DNA of 61,343 bases, counting the filler, from Bipalium vagum (taxonomy: Eukaryota): NCBI GenBank assembly GCA_037834085.1. It is 3 parts of 3 records of this genome, joined end to end, with 100 filler letters (N's around TTAATTAATTAA, not from the genome) between each part and the next. Parts side by side here need not be neighbours in the genome. Positions count along the whole stretch, not along the records: positions 28,353 to 45,547 come from JBBMKC010075057.1; positions 45,648 to 61,343 come from JBBMKC010151141.1; 1 more part is not named here. One strand, given 5' to 3'. The notes under the pieces are model-generated. The model ran no database searches. It was not told the origin of the DNA and saw nothing but the letters and a program-made list of their open reading frames with translations. Position 1 is the first letter of the stretch; each line of letters opens with the position of its first letter. Both the position numbers and the translations under genes were made by a program. Shown here piece by piece: positions 40,562 through 50,820 of this stretch.

Positions 40562-41530
40562 ATGCTTTTAATGCTCTCATCTTTAGTCAATGTCTTTCAT
40601 ATGTTATTAAATCATTCAGTCACCTGTCAAAACGATCTCAGAGTCAAAGCTATGTGTACCCATTCGAAATCCACTTACATAAACCTGGCTTGTTCAAATC
40701 ATTCTCTAATTCTTCTGAAGCATGCCTTTTATGGGAAAAGTCAAATAAAAAAATGTTACCATTCAGAAAATGATTGTTATCTCATGGATTTTCAACATTA
40801 TTCCAAATGCAACAGACAGCAACACTGCCAATTCACCATTGAGCCCATAGCTCTTCCGAAATGCTCTTTTCTTAAAATGTCAAATTCCTCGGATCTGATG
40901 AGTGACTATTATCAAATGGTTTATGAATGCATTAAGAAAAACACCATTCTTAACGTTTGCGAAGAGTCCGTTACGTCGTCTCAGAATGGACTTGTTGTGT
41001 CTCCACAAACAGAAGCATTTACAAATGGCAAAAATAATAATGAAACTATTGTTTGTAAATTAACAATTGACCTTTCTCATCATCCGTACACAAATAACAA
41101 GATATCACAGAATATTATGGTCATCATTCTTGATATGAAGCTGGACTGTGAAACATCATATCTTCAAATATCAGATTTTTCAGGAAAGGTCTGGAAGAGC
41201 TGCAAGCTAACCCGACAGAGCCATGTGTTTACTTCAATCAATAACAAGCTTTTGGTCAAATATCAATTTAATCCATATTTAATGAAGGAAAATAGAGGGT
41301 TTTGGTTGAGTTATAGAGCATCCCCATTTATCATATATCCCGATGAAGATTACATTTTGAACGCCTGCAAAAAGCTTTCCCTAACAACTTTCAAATCCCA
41401 AAAGGAAAATAAAGTTATTCAAAATCATATTTATTCTTTAGAAAAAGATAAAAATATGAAAAAACTCATCGAAGTATCTAACATTAACCATAGTAAGTGG
41501 TTTAATTATTGTTACATTAGTCTGATATAG
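40562..41530 (+). CDS. Putative secreted/surface SUEL-type (Gal/Rha-binding) lectin + CUB domain protein; large exon, likely spliced near 41492
   Basis: 322-aa ORF with a hydrophobic N-terminus. SUEL-like LACSNHSLILLKHAFYGK..C....C...CNRQQHC...C...DYYQMVYEC; CUB-like C..GLVVSP...CKLTI...DMKLDCETSYLQI...VFTSINNKLLVKY...RGFWLSY. Donor gtaagt near 41492. Confidence 0.75.
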   Translation: MLLMLSSLVNVFHMLLNHSVTCQNDLRVKAMCTHSKSTYINLACSNHSLILLKHAFYGKSQIKKCYHSENDCYLMDFQHYSKCNRQQHCQFTIEPIALPKCSFLKMSNSSDLMSDYYQMVYECIKKNTILNVCEESVTSSQNGLVVSPQTEAFTNGKNNNETIVCKLTIDLSHHPYTNNKISQNIMVIILDMKLDCETSYLQISDFSGKVWKSCKLTRQSHVFTSINNKLLVKYQFNPYLMKENRGFWLSYRASPFIIYPDEDYILNACKKLSLTTFKSQKENKVIQNHIYSLEKDKNMKKLIEVSNINHSKWFNYCYISLI

Positions 41531-41639
41531 TTTTTATTTTTTAGAATTTTCTAAGTAAATAAAAAAAATTAAAAGATTAATAAATGGAATATTAAATAGA
41601 ATAAAATACTAAGTAATTTTATATAACCATCCAAGGAGA

Positions 41640-42150
41640 TTTACAGTGTTATGCAGAAATATATAGAAACAAATATATTTCATAACAAAGACACGAGTGG
41701 ATATGTACTTATAAAAACAAAACATTACGGGTCGAAATTTTTGTCTCGCCAAGGCTTTATGTTGCGAAAATAGCCACTTAAATCGATATCGTCGTGCATG
41801 GGTACTTCTGTAATCAATTCTTTTAAATGGTCCCGATCTATAATGGTTCTTATAAAGGATGACATTTGCGACTAAAAAACTCTACTATCGGGTTTAATTG
41901 AGGCGAGTATGGTCACAAAAACTTCTGATTTGGTGTAAGTTGACTCCTGTTTTATTTAAGTGAACCGGCTTACAGTTTTTAATGTACTCAATGTCCCTCG
42001 CATAAAGTTGTTTAGCCTCAATGTTTTTACTGTTATTTCTTCCCTCGGGAACTCTGACTAATCGCTTTCTGGTATAATTCATGTCACGTAAAATTCTTGA
42101 ATCAGTACTTTGGCTGACTAAAATGCGATCAAATTCATCAGAAACTATTG
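41640..42150 (-). mobile_element. IS630/Tc1-like transposase relic
   Basis: YTRKRLVRVPEGRNNSKNIEAKQLYA...VHLNKTGVNLH (degenerate FLDETGFNLH). Confidence 0.65.
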
Positions 42151-43150
42151 AATATTTTTTCTTTATATTTCTGCATAAACGTGTAGATAAATTTTATTAA
42201 TATCAAATAAATTAAGCCAGTTGTTTTAATATCCGGTTTTGTATGAATTTTAAAATTAAGTTCTTAATTAAAGTTAAATTGTGATCTACTTTCTTTCGAA
42301 TATAAACTAATTTCACCTTCAAAATTATAATCCTATTATTAAAAAAATGAATATTTATTAATTTTTTTACAAAAAATAGACCCAAATTTTCATTACAAAT
42401 GACAGATGGTGTTCAATAAGTTGAAGGAAGGTAATATAGTTCAATATTCTGGAATTCTAATCCAACAGTTATTCTCTCAAGACTGAACCAAGTTCACATA
42501 CCTGTTTACTTGTAACTAAAACAAGGTTCTTTAATAGTATCTGCCACGAAAAGTTGATATCTTTGAATAATGAGACTTAGTGGATATTTTCTGATAACTA
42601 CTCCATCAAAATGATGTTATTTGATTTAGACCTTGATTATCCAAAGGGAAATTATCTTGAATCAGAATATCAAGATTTTGCATTAAGAGGGCTAGATGGA
42701 TCAAAAATAAAATATGATATGATCTTCATTACAAGGCTTTTCACATTTATGGAAAAGAGACCTTCGGTGTCATAGGTAAGTTAAAGGTTAGTCGTCTGCT
42801 TACCATGATATCTACAGTAAATCGTGTCTGAGAAGTATTTCATGCAACAAACATCTTTATAATAATTTTAAGTAGAACAATTTGACTCTGACTTTTATGC
42901 CTCAAAAATTCTCCGTTGCTTCTTTATCAAAAACGAAATAATATAAACTGGTTAATGAATCAACTAATAGCGACTCCACCTATTCCCATTGCGGTATCCA
43001 TTTTATCAAACGAAGTACATGGTTCGTCCAAAATTGACTCTTTATTTTGGACCAAATTCCGAATTGAATTCATTCCATGAATTTTTCAAATAGTTTTATC
43101 AAAATCATTTCAAGATTTTTCTAATTTATATATCATGTTCAGTTCCAAAA

Positions 43151-43151
<1 letters not shown>

Positions 43152-43213
<62 letters not shown>

Positions 43214-43235
43214 TAATAATGACAATAATAATGAC
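43152..43235. repeat. (AAT)n microsatellite
   Basis: Directly visible. Confidence 0.95.
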
Positions 43236-43899
43236 AAAAAATAAATGAATATTAATAATGAATAAAATCAATGTGAAAAAATATTTTTGAAATATTTCCC
43301 ATAAATCTCTTTCTCAAAAATAATCTTTTTTGATGAAAACAATAAGAGATATACTTCAGTTGAAAGAGTCAAAATACTCACTTTGACTTTTGTCACCTTT
43401 CGTTAATAGTTAAATTAATTAATTATTTCCCAAGCCAAAATCTATATTTATAATCACATAATAAAAAAACTTTTCCGCAAATTTATTTAAATTAAATAAT
43501 ATTAATTTTAAATTAATGAATAATTTTTAATACAATAAAATTATATATAATATAATACTTTTATGCTATTTTATCTTCATTGATTTCAAGCTAGATAAAT
43601 CTATAATATCAAAATAATAAATCTATAAATCTTTTTAAAAAAACTTAAGTCCGTAAATTTTAAGTTAATATTACGTTATATGAAATTCGCGCTTAAATAA
43701 TAAATAACACTTAACAAAACAAGATGTAATTTACTTTAAAATATTAATGTAAATTAGTAACTAATAATGCACATAGACTTACCGAAAAACCTAATTTTGT
43801 GTTATGTAATAGATAAATAAATCAAACTGTAAAATAATAACACTATTGTTTTAATTAATACATTAAAAACAGTATTTTAGGTTTTTATTTTCAGATTCC

Positions 43900-44520
43900 A
43901 AAAAAAGTTAATTATTCAGTTAAGTTTTCATATTCTACCTTAAAATGAGAATTTTGCAAATCGAAAATCGCTATTTTTGTATTTCTCGGTAAGTTCGTGC
44001 TGTGCCCATATTTCTGCTCTGCTTGCTTTTCCAATATCATGTAAATGTCGACGAATTGTTTCTCTATCATAACTGAGTTCATTGTTTGTATCCAGAGTTT
44101 GAGGTGGATTTTCTTCCATATCATCCTTGATAGCATTCATATCTACAGTTGATGGTCTGCCAGATCTAGAGGCATCTCAAAAATCAAAATTTCCGTCTTT
44201 GAACATTTTGAAACCACCTGTCATTTCATCATACCGGAATTGTATGGATAGATTTTGTTTATTGACTTAATTGCTTCTGATACCGTTTTCCCATACCGTT
44301 TCATACTGCAAGCAATTGCGTATGTGATACTCACTTGCTTTTTTGTCTGTCATTTCTACAAATTTAATGTTTTGTATTAAATTTCTAAAATAAAAAATTA
44401 TTAATTACGTATATTTCATAAAATCGCCAAATTACAAATGATTTTAATACAGTAAAACAAATCTATATTCAAATTAATATTAAATATAAAAAACGACATT
44501 AGATTTGAGACGAACTAATA
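43900..44520 (-). mobile_element. Mariner 5' fragment
   Basis: Minus strand: FKDGNFDF..ASRSGRPSTVDMNAIKDDMEENP..ELSYDRETIRRHLHDIGKASRAEIWAQHELTE (WVPHEL motif). Confidence 0.85.
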
Positions 44521-45469
44521 AATCAATAATAAATAACATTAAAAATTGTCGAACTTTATTTATAATAATTATTATTATTTTTCAATTAAAAGTTTTTTTT
44601 AATAAAAAAACAGTTTTTATTTCATTAAAAATAATATAATATTTTATTTTTAATCTCGAAAATGTTTAGTGACATTTTCTAAACTTAATTATTTTCCAAT
44701 TGATATTTTAATTATATTTTTACTGAAATTACCATAATTACCAAATAATACAAAATTGAAAAAAAGAATAAACAGAAACAATTTTTAGCAAATGTTCATT
44801 AATGATTTCTGCAGAAAAATAAATTAAAAACCTTTTAGTGATGTTATTTAAAAAAATAAAATTGGTAAAAATGATAATTTTCAAATGATAATTTTATCGA
44901 GGAACATTGGCAAAAATAGGAAATCATGGTCGACTATCAGGCATAATTATTGATAATTTTTAACTTTATCCATTAAAACAAATTTATTTGTTTGCCAAAG
45001 TAAACAATGGAAATATTTCCCCGTTTCTGTACATTTTTAATGATATGGAGTCAATATAAACGCTGCCAGTCTGAAATCTGACGAACTCTCTTTATTTTCT
45101 GCATTTCCATTCTTCTTAGAAATATCCATAGAAATATTTTCACTGAATACATTCAACTGTACAATATTATATTATATTATTTTTCATATTCCATTTATAC
45201 AAAATGTTCTATTAACACATATTGGTGGGCATTTTTTTTAGGGGAAATAATTTTGAGAAATGAACAAGTAAATTTCCCAATCAACCAACCAGTCTCACCG
45301 TTAATCCGTGTATGGCGCTCTTCATAATCAGACTTTGAGTCTATATAATTAATTTTGACCAGAATCCTTTTTCATAAAAAAATAATTTTTTTTCAGAAAT
45401 TTCATTCTTGGTTTTTAAACTTGAATTCCTGGAGAAAAGTATGGTGTTTTTCGGGAATCAATATATACA

Positions 45470-45472
<3 letters not shown>

Positions 45473-45547
<75 letters not shown>
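45473..45547. repeat. (TTA)n microsatellite at contig end
   Basis: Directly visible; the contig terminates within it. Confidence 0.95.
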
Positions 45548-45647
45548 NNNNNNNNNNNNNNNNNNNNNNNNNNNNNNNNNNNNNNNNNNNNTTAATTAAT
45601 TAANNNNNNNNNNNNNNNNNNNNNNNNNNNNNNNNNNNNNNNNNNNN
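45548..45647. other. Artificial contig linker (44 N + TTAATTAATTAA + 44 N)
   Basis: Identical to the linker at 28253-28352. Confidence 0.95.
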
Positions 45648-45755
45648 AAATCGGTCAGAATTGTCATCACTCATTGTAATTATAATAATAATTTTGATAT
45701 TAATTCAAATAAAAGTATTAAACTGAAAATCATTTTCTTAGTTTGTTTAATTAAT

Positions 45756-45853
45756 CGAACACAACCGAAAGCAACCTTCAACCGTTGAGACCTAAATCAC
45801 ATTTGCGCTCCAACCTTTAACATCTTTCTGTCCATCAACTTAGGATCTTAACA
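45756..45853 (+). repeat. Dispersed repeat A, copy 2
   Basis: Reverse-complement homolog of 28144-28241; upstream AATAAA near 45707 and terminal AACA suggest an LTR R/U5 end. Confidence 0.85.
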
Positions 45854-45993
45854 CATATGTGCCATAATAGACCAATTCAGCAGATACATTTTTTCCACCT
45901 TAAATTTTTTTCACAACATAAAAATGTTTCTAACAATTTTTTTCCTAATATAAAAATTTCTAACAATTTTTTTTCCAATTTTATTTTTAAAAA

Positions 45994-46485
45994 ATGACAG
46001 AAGCAATAGTGGAATTCTTTTGTAAATATGGTATAAATACAACTACAAAAAATGATTTAATTAATATTGCAAAAGATTTAGATAAGCTTTTAAAAGTTTT
46101 TATGAAAGATGAAAAAATTAAATTAAAACATTTTAATTTTGATATTCCTTTAATAATTGAATGTCAAAATTTGAAAGAAGAAGAAATCTATTGGCTTGGA
46201 TATTATAATTGTGTTTATTTTGACTCTTATGGTTTACCTCCTTCTTCAAGTATGTTACTTGAAAGTACAGAAGTATTATATGAACGAACTATAGTATTTA
46301 ATAAATTAAATTTTCAAAGTGAAATGGATTTGTTGTATAGTGAACAATTAACTTTATGTGTTTTATATCAAATTTATAAAGAAGTTTCATTTTCTAATTA
46401 TTGTTCGTGTAAGCAAGATGAGAAATTTATAGAAATTCTAGAAGAGTTACAAAATGTTATTTTAGAAAAATTAAAAGAATTTTAA
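45994..46485 (+). CDS. Adenain-like (Polinton/adintovirus maturation protease) homolog, intact ORF, catalytic His and Cys substituted
   Basis: 163-aa ORF with VFMKDE, EIYWLGYY (HW to YW), YFDSYGLPP, FQ, LYSEQL (CG to SE). Confidence 0.7.
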   Translation: MTEAIVEFFCKYGINTTTKNDLINIAKDLDKLLKVFMKDEKIKLKHFNFDIPLIIECQNLKEEEIYWLGYYNCVYFDSYGLPPSSSMLLESTEVLYERTIVFNKLNFQSEMDLLYSEQLTLCVLYQIYKEVSFSNYCSCKQDEKFIEILEELQNVILEKLKEF

Positions 46486-46515
46486 ATTTTAAAAATTAAA
46501 TTTTTTTAAAGAAAA

Positions 46516-46960
46516 ATGAGTAGATTTTCAAAAATTAAAAATATAAATATACTTTTAGAATTTCTGTAAATATGGAATTAACACAACTTCAAATTTTGAT
46601 TTAATTGATATTGCTGAAAATTTAGAAATGCCTTTAAAAGTTTTAATGAAAGATGAATTTAAAGAAAAAAGAATAAAATCTGAAGTTCCATTAATTATTA
46701 TATTATATATAATATTATAATTAATTATTATCAAAATACAAATCAAAAAGGAATTCATTGGGTTGGATATTACAAAAAATTTTACTTTGATTCCTATGGT
46801 TTACCACCACTTGAAGATTTAGAGTACTGTGGACAATTATCTTTATATGTTTTATATAAACTTTTTCAGGAAAAAGTTTATATGAGGAAATTTTAGAAGA
46901 GTTGGAATATGTTATTTTTAAGAAGTTGAAACTAAAAATTAAAAATTTTAAATTAAATTT
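46516..46960 (+). pseudogene. Second, tandem adenain-like protease copy: catalytic residues retained but frameshifted and internally deleted
   Basis: CKYGINTTSNFDLIDIAENL..VLMKDE; after an AT-rich insertion, YQNTNQKGIHWVGYYKKFYFDSYGLPPLEDLEYCGQLSLYVLY...EEILEELEYVI. Confidence 0.8.
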
Positions 46961-47228
46961 AAAAAAATTCAAAATGTTTCAGACGATAACATTTTTCTTC
47001 ATCATTTTAAGTAAAAAGGAAAACATCGGAAATATCTTTTAGATTTGAGAAAATTATTGAAATAAAATTTGAAAGTGGAAAGATGATTAATTTTGAAGTT
47101 AAAGCGAAAATAGATTAAATTTCTTAAAAATCTTTTTCAATTTTATATTTTTATAATTTGGTAAAATTATTAAATCATATAGTAATTATTAAATTTTTAT
47201 AAAATTTGTTTATTGCCATTTTTACGAT

Positions 47229-47487
47229 ATATTTTTTTCTTTTTTAGTAGAAGTATACAAACAATTATTTTTAAATTTATCAACTTGTTAGTTGGGTAGT
47301 TTTTAAATCAAATAAATAAATCAAATATTTTTTTAGTATAAGTATACTAAGAAATATTTTTTAAATTGTAGAATTGTTAGGTGGGGACATTAAATGTCGC
47401 CACCTTTCATATCGTTAAATCAAATATTTTTTCTTTAGTATGCGTATACTAATAATTATTTTTTAATTTGTTAAGTTGTTAGGAGGG
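47229..47487. repeat. Three ~65-bp direct repeats, each with a palindromic core TTAGTAT-N4-ATACTAA, plus a GC-rich hairpin
   Basis: Cores at 47244 (degenerate), 47333 and 47435; each unit ends ttgttag.(t/a)ggg. Hairpin aggtggggacat-taa-atgtcgccacct at 47379-47405 (11/12 pairs). Confidence 0.8.
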
Positions 47488-47569
47488 TTACATATTTTAT
47501 TTTTTATTAAAAAATGGTAGAAAATTATTTTTGTAAATATTGTAAAAAATACATTTCAAAAAATAATAA

Positions 47570-48780
47570 ATGGAATCATGAAAAAACTGAAATACATATT
47601 CAAAATATAAGTGTAAGTAAGGAAGTAATCTAAGTAAGGAATTAAGTAATCTAAGTGATGTGAAAATAGCAGATGATAAATTAAGTATTTCAATAAATGA
47701 TTCTTTAATAAATAAATTAAACAATGAAATAAAAGAAAAAACTAATGAAAAAAATCATTATAAAAATCTTAATAAGGATAAAGATAAAAAAATTTTTCAA
47801 TTAAATAATATAATTAAAAATTTAGATGAAACTTAAATTAATATTCATGAAGAAAATTATGAAAAAATAAAATATAAATTAGAAATACAAAATTTTAAAA
47901 ATAACTATTAAGTAACTATATAAAAGAAAATACTATAAAAAGAAAAAAGAAAAAAATAAAGATAAATTAGAAAATTATTTAAATAATTATAAAAGAGAAT
48001 ATAATGATTTACAAAAAAATATGAAAATTTATCTATTAAAACTGAAAGATTAGAAAATTTATAATCTAATAAATCTATTGAAACAGAAATTAAAATATAT
48101 AATAAAGAAATTTATTATCTTAAAGGAAAATTAGATAAGACTTAAGAACTTATGAAAGTAATGAATACACATTTTAATTTTCAAAATATGAAAAAACGAT
48201 TGGTAAATTTGAAGAAAGAAAGTTTCTTAGAAATTGAAAAAAATAAAAACGGAGTTGAAAGATTACAAAATAGAATATTAAATACTCATGGACAAATTGA
48301 TAGAATAAATCAAACAGAATTTAAAGGAAAATCTATTGCACTACAAACAGAAGTTATTGGAAAAAAATTTATAAAGATATCATGAAAATAAAAAATTATT
48401 CAAAGAAAAAAATAAACATATTTAAGGGATGAAAGCAAACAATGCTCTTATGAAACAAACTTTCATAGAAAAATATAAAGAAAAAAAATTATCAAGTGAA
48501 AGAATGGAAGAAATTAATGAATTTTCATTTTGGATGATTAGGTACTATGAATTACAATTTCAGTATTATTTTGTAAATAATAAACTAATTAGAGATGATT
48601 TTAAAATAAGAGGAATAATAAAAGTTGATAATAAAGAAAAAAATATTTTTTAAACTATGATAAAAAATTTATTAATAATGTAAAAGATTATTTATATAAT
48701 AAAATTCCAAGAGATGAAATAATGAAAAATATTTTTAAAAGTTTTGCATACTTGAAAATTAATTATTTTTAAAATATTTT
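47570..48780 (+). pseudogene. Decayed K/E/N/I-rich (coiled-coil-like) intronless ORFs, probably Polinton-like cargo
   Basis: Strong A-rich strand bias and broken frames (ORFs 48152-48385, 48429-48653); same composition and strand as the protease genes; no recognisable motif. Confidence 0.4.
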
Positions 48781-48885
48781 ATTATTGCCTTTTTTATTGC
48801 TTAAATATCGGTTTTATTTCTGAAAAATTGCTATTTTTAATATCCATATGGATAAGTTATTACAGTTCCATTTTCTAAATATATT

Positions 48886-49712
48886 TGTAAACACATTTTT
48901 GACGAACGAATTAGCGTTTGCGCCGAGAGGCGTATATGGGAATGAGGGAGGAAAAAATGGGGGTACAAATGGGGTCCCCTTTGTGTTTAGATATTACAAG
49001 CCATTCTGAGTAATAGCCGTCCGGAATCGTCATTCGAACGTGGAGATTGGTGATCGTATCCAATCTCCACATCTATAAAAAGAGACGGCTATTCCTGGAA
49101 AGGGTCGCAAAAAATATTTCCAGAACAAATTCTCAAACAACGTTTAAGGAAAAGAACTTCCAAATTTCAGAAGAACAAGTTGACAGGCAATTTCAGAGGA
49201 TTTTCCAGGGGACCCGACGACGACTTCAAGACGTTCGTACTGATTCTTTTTCAAATGGATATGCTTTCGCTATTGGATTTTACAACGGGTCCCGTCGAGT
49301 TTGGATTTTTCTAGTAGACCTGAAAAGGGTCTAGTGGACGACCCAGGGACCTGTTGTATTATAGCTTCGGATGAGACTTATCCGTTTATGTTATTTTGTT
49401 TTCGTTTCCTTTACTTAATTATTATTATTGATTATTGATTTGATTATATTTTTTCTTTATTATTAACGTTGCCATTGGTCTTGATTTTGATTTGTAGTTG
49501 TTGTGTGTAAGTGAATAAAGATTTGTTTTAAGTATTTTTATTCAGTTTTTAGGGTGAGTATAAAGTATTACTGTGGAAGTTTGTATTCAGTGAGAAAGCA
49601 GATAAGGTTTTATCATGGGAATTTTGATTCATTTTGGTTTAAATTCGAAAAAATGAACACTACATTAAAGTGAGGAGTTTTCGATAGACGAGTGAAGGTA
49701 ACAATAGTAACA
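48886..49712 (+). mobile_element. LTR-like dispersed repeat B, copy 2 (probable solo LTR)
   Basis: TGtaaac...gtaaCA; TATAAAA near 49074; AATAAA near 49514; flanks atatt/atata (possible 5-bp TSD with one mismatch); homologous to 23555-24411. Confidence 0.65.
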
Positions 49713-50820
49713 ATATAGTTAAGATAAATTGAAAAAATATGAAACAATGCGGTGGTTATAATAATATGACGCATACTATACGCTTAAAAGAGAAAAGTGT
49801 CAAGAAGGAAAATCATCCAAAGAATATGTTTAAATTCTATTAAAGGCTTTTGCTGGTGATAGCATCTGTAAAGCAATGGTTATTAGGGAAAGTAACAATT
49901 CTAGCTGGTTTCAAAATATAATCAAACAAAAAATTATTATAATAAATAAAATATAAATATAAATTATTATTATAAAAAAACATAGAACCATGGATAACAC
50001 CTCTCATATCTATAGATTATTTGCTGCAGTTAAATCAAGAAATGTTTCGAGAAAAGAGAAAGTTTCTATTATAATATATTTGTAATGCAAAGTGTCATCC
50101 ACCTGTATCCAACTGTATCTTGAGCTTGCAGTCTTTGGATAATGAAATCATACGTTATATGAAGACAATATATATATAATTAATGTTAATAAAAATGACC
50201 CTATCCTCGAATTTCATTGAAAATTCATCACAGTTCATTAGGAGTATTAATTTACTGGATACAATAACAATTTTAACAATTGTTTTAAAAGAAATACATA
50301 CGAGTAGTGTTGAAAATGCTTTTATAAAGCTTGAATTTCATATTTTAGAAGATAACATGAATCATCATATTTAGACGCAGAGGCCGAATATATGTTAGAA
50401 GCTGTTGATTTTGTAAACGTTTCCTTCCTCTAGAAGAAAATGCAAACGATTCTGATATCTTGATTAATTTTTCGTTTATTTAATAAAATAATTAGTATAA
50501 AGTATTGTAACTGAATATCCGGAAATTTGTGTAATCTGTAAAAATAAAATTCTTTGGTCACTTCCAATTCCGGCTTTGACACATTTCACTGTAGTGGGTA
50601 ACAATTTTTTTTATTTAATTTTAATAATCTTAGATTTAATTAATCCTAAAATATATATTGTGTTTATGTAAAATTTTTATTTTGCATATCAAAATTAATA
50701 TTTTAAATACTCTTGATTAATTAAAAAAAACCACATTTGTTTAAGCGTTTGATTCTTAATATAATTTATTTAAATTATTAAAATTGTTCTCATAATTTTT
50801 AATTTAGATAAATCTTAGTA

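Noticed and set aside
45355-45603. Poly-Ile and poly-Tyr ORFs
   Set aside because: Translation of a (TTA)n microsatellite running into Ns.
28253-45647. Repeat A copies forming a large inverted repeat around the RABL2/SUEL-CUB region (apparent 17-kb element)
   Set aside because: The copies lie on different contigs separated by artificial linkers; their mutual orientation and distance are not biological evidence.
47229-47487. CRISPR array interpretation of the palindromic repeats
   Set aside because: Eukaryotic context, only three degenerate ~65-bp units, irregular spacers, no cas genes.
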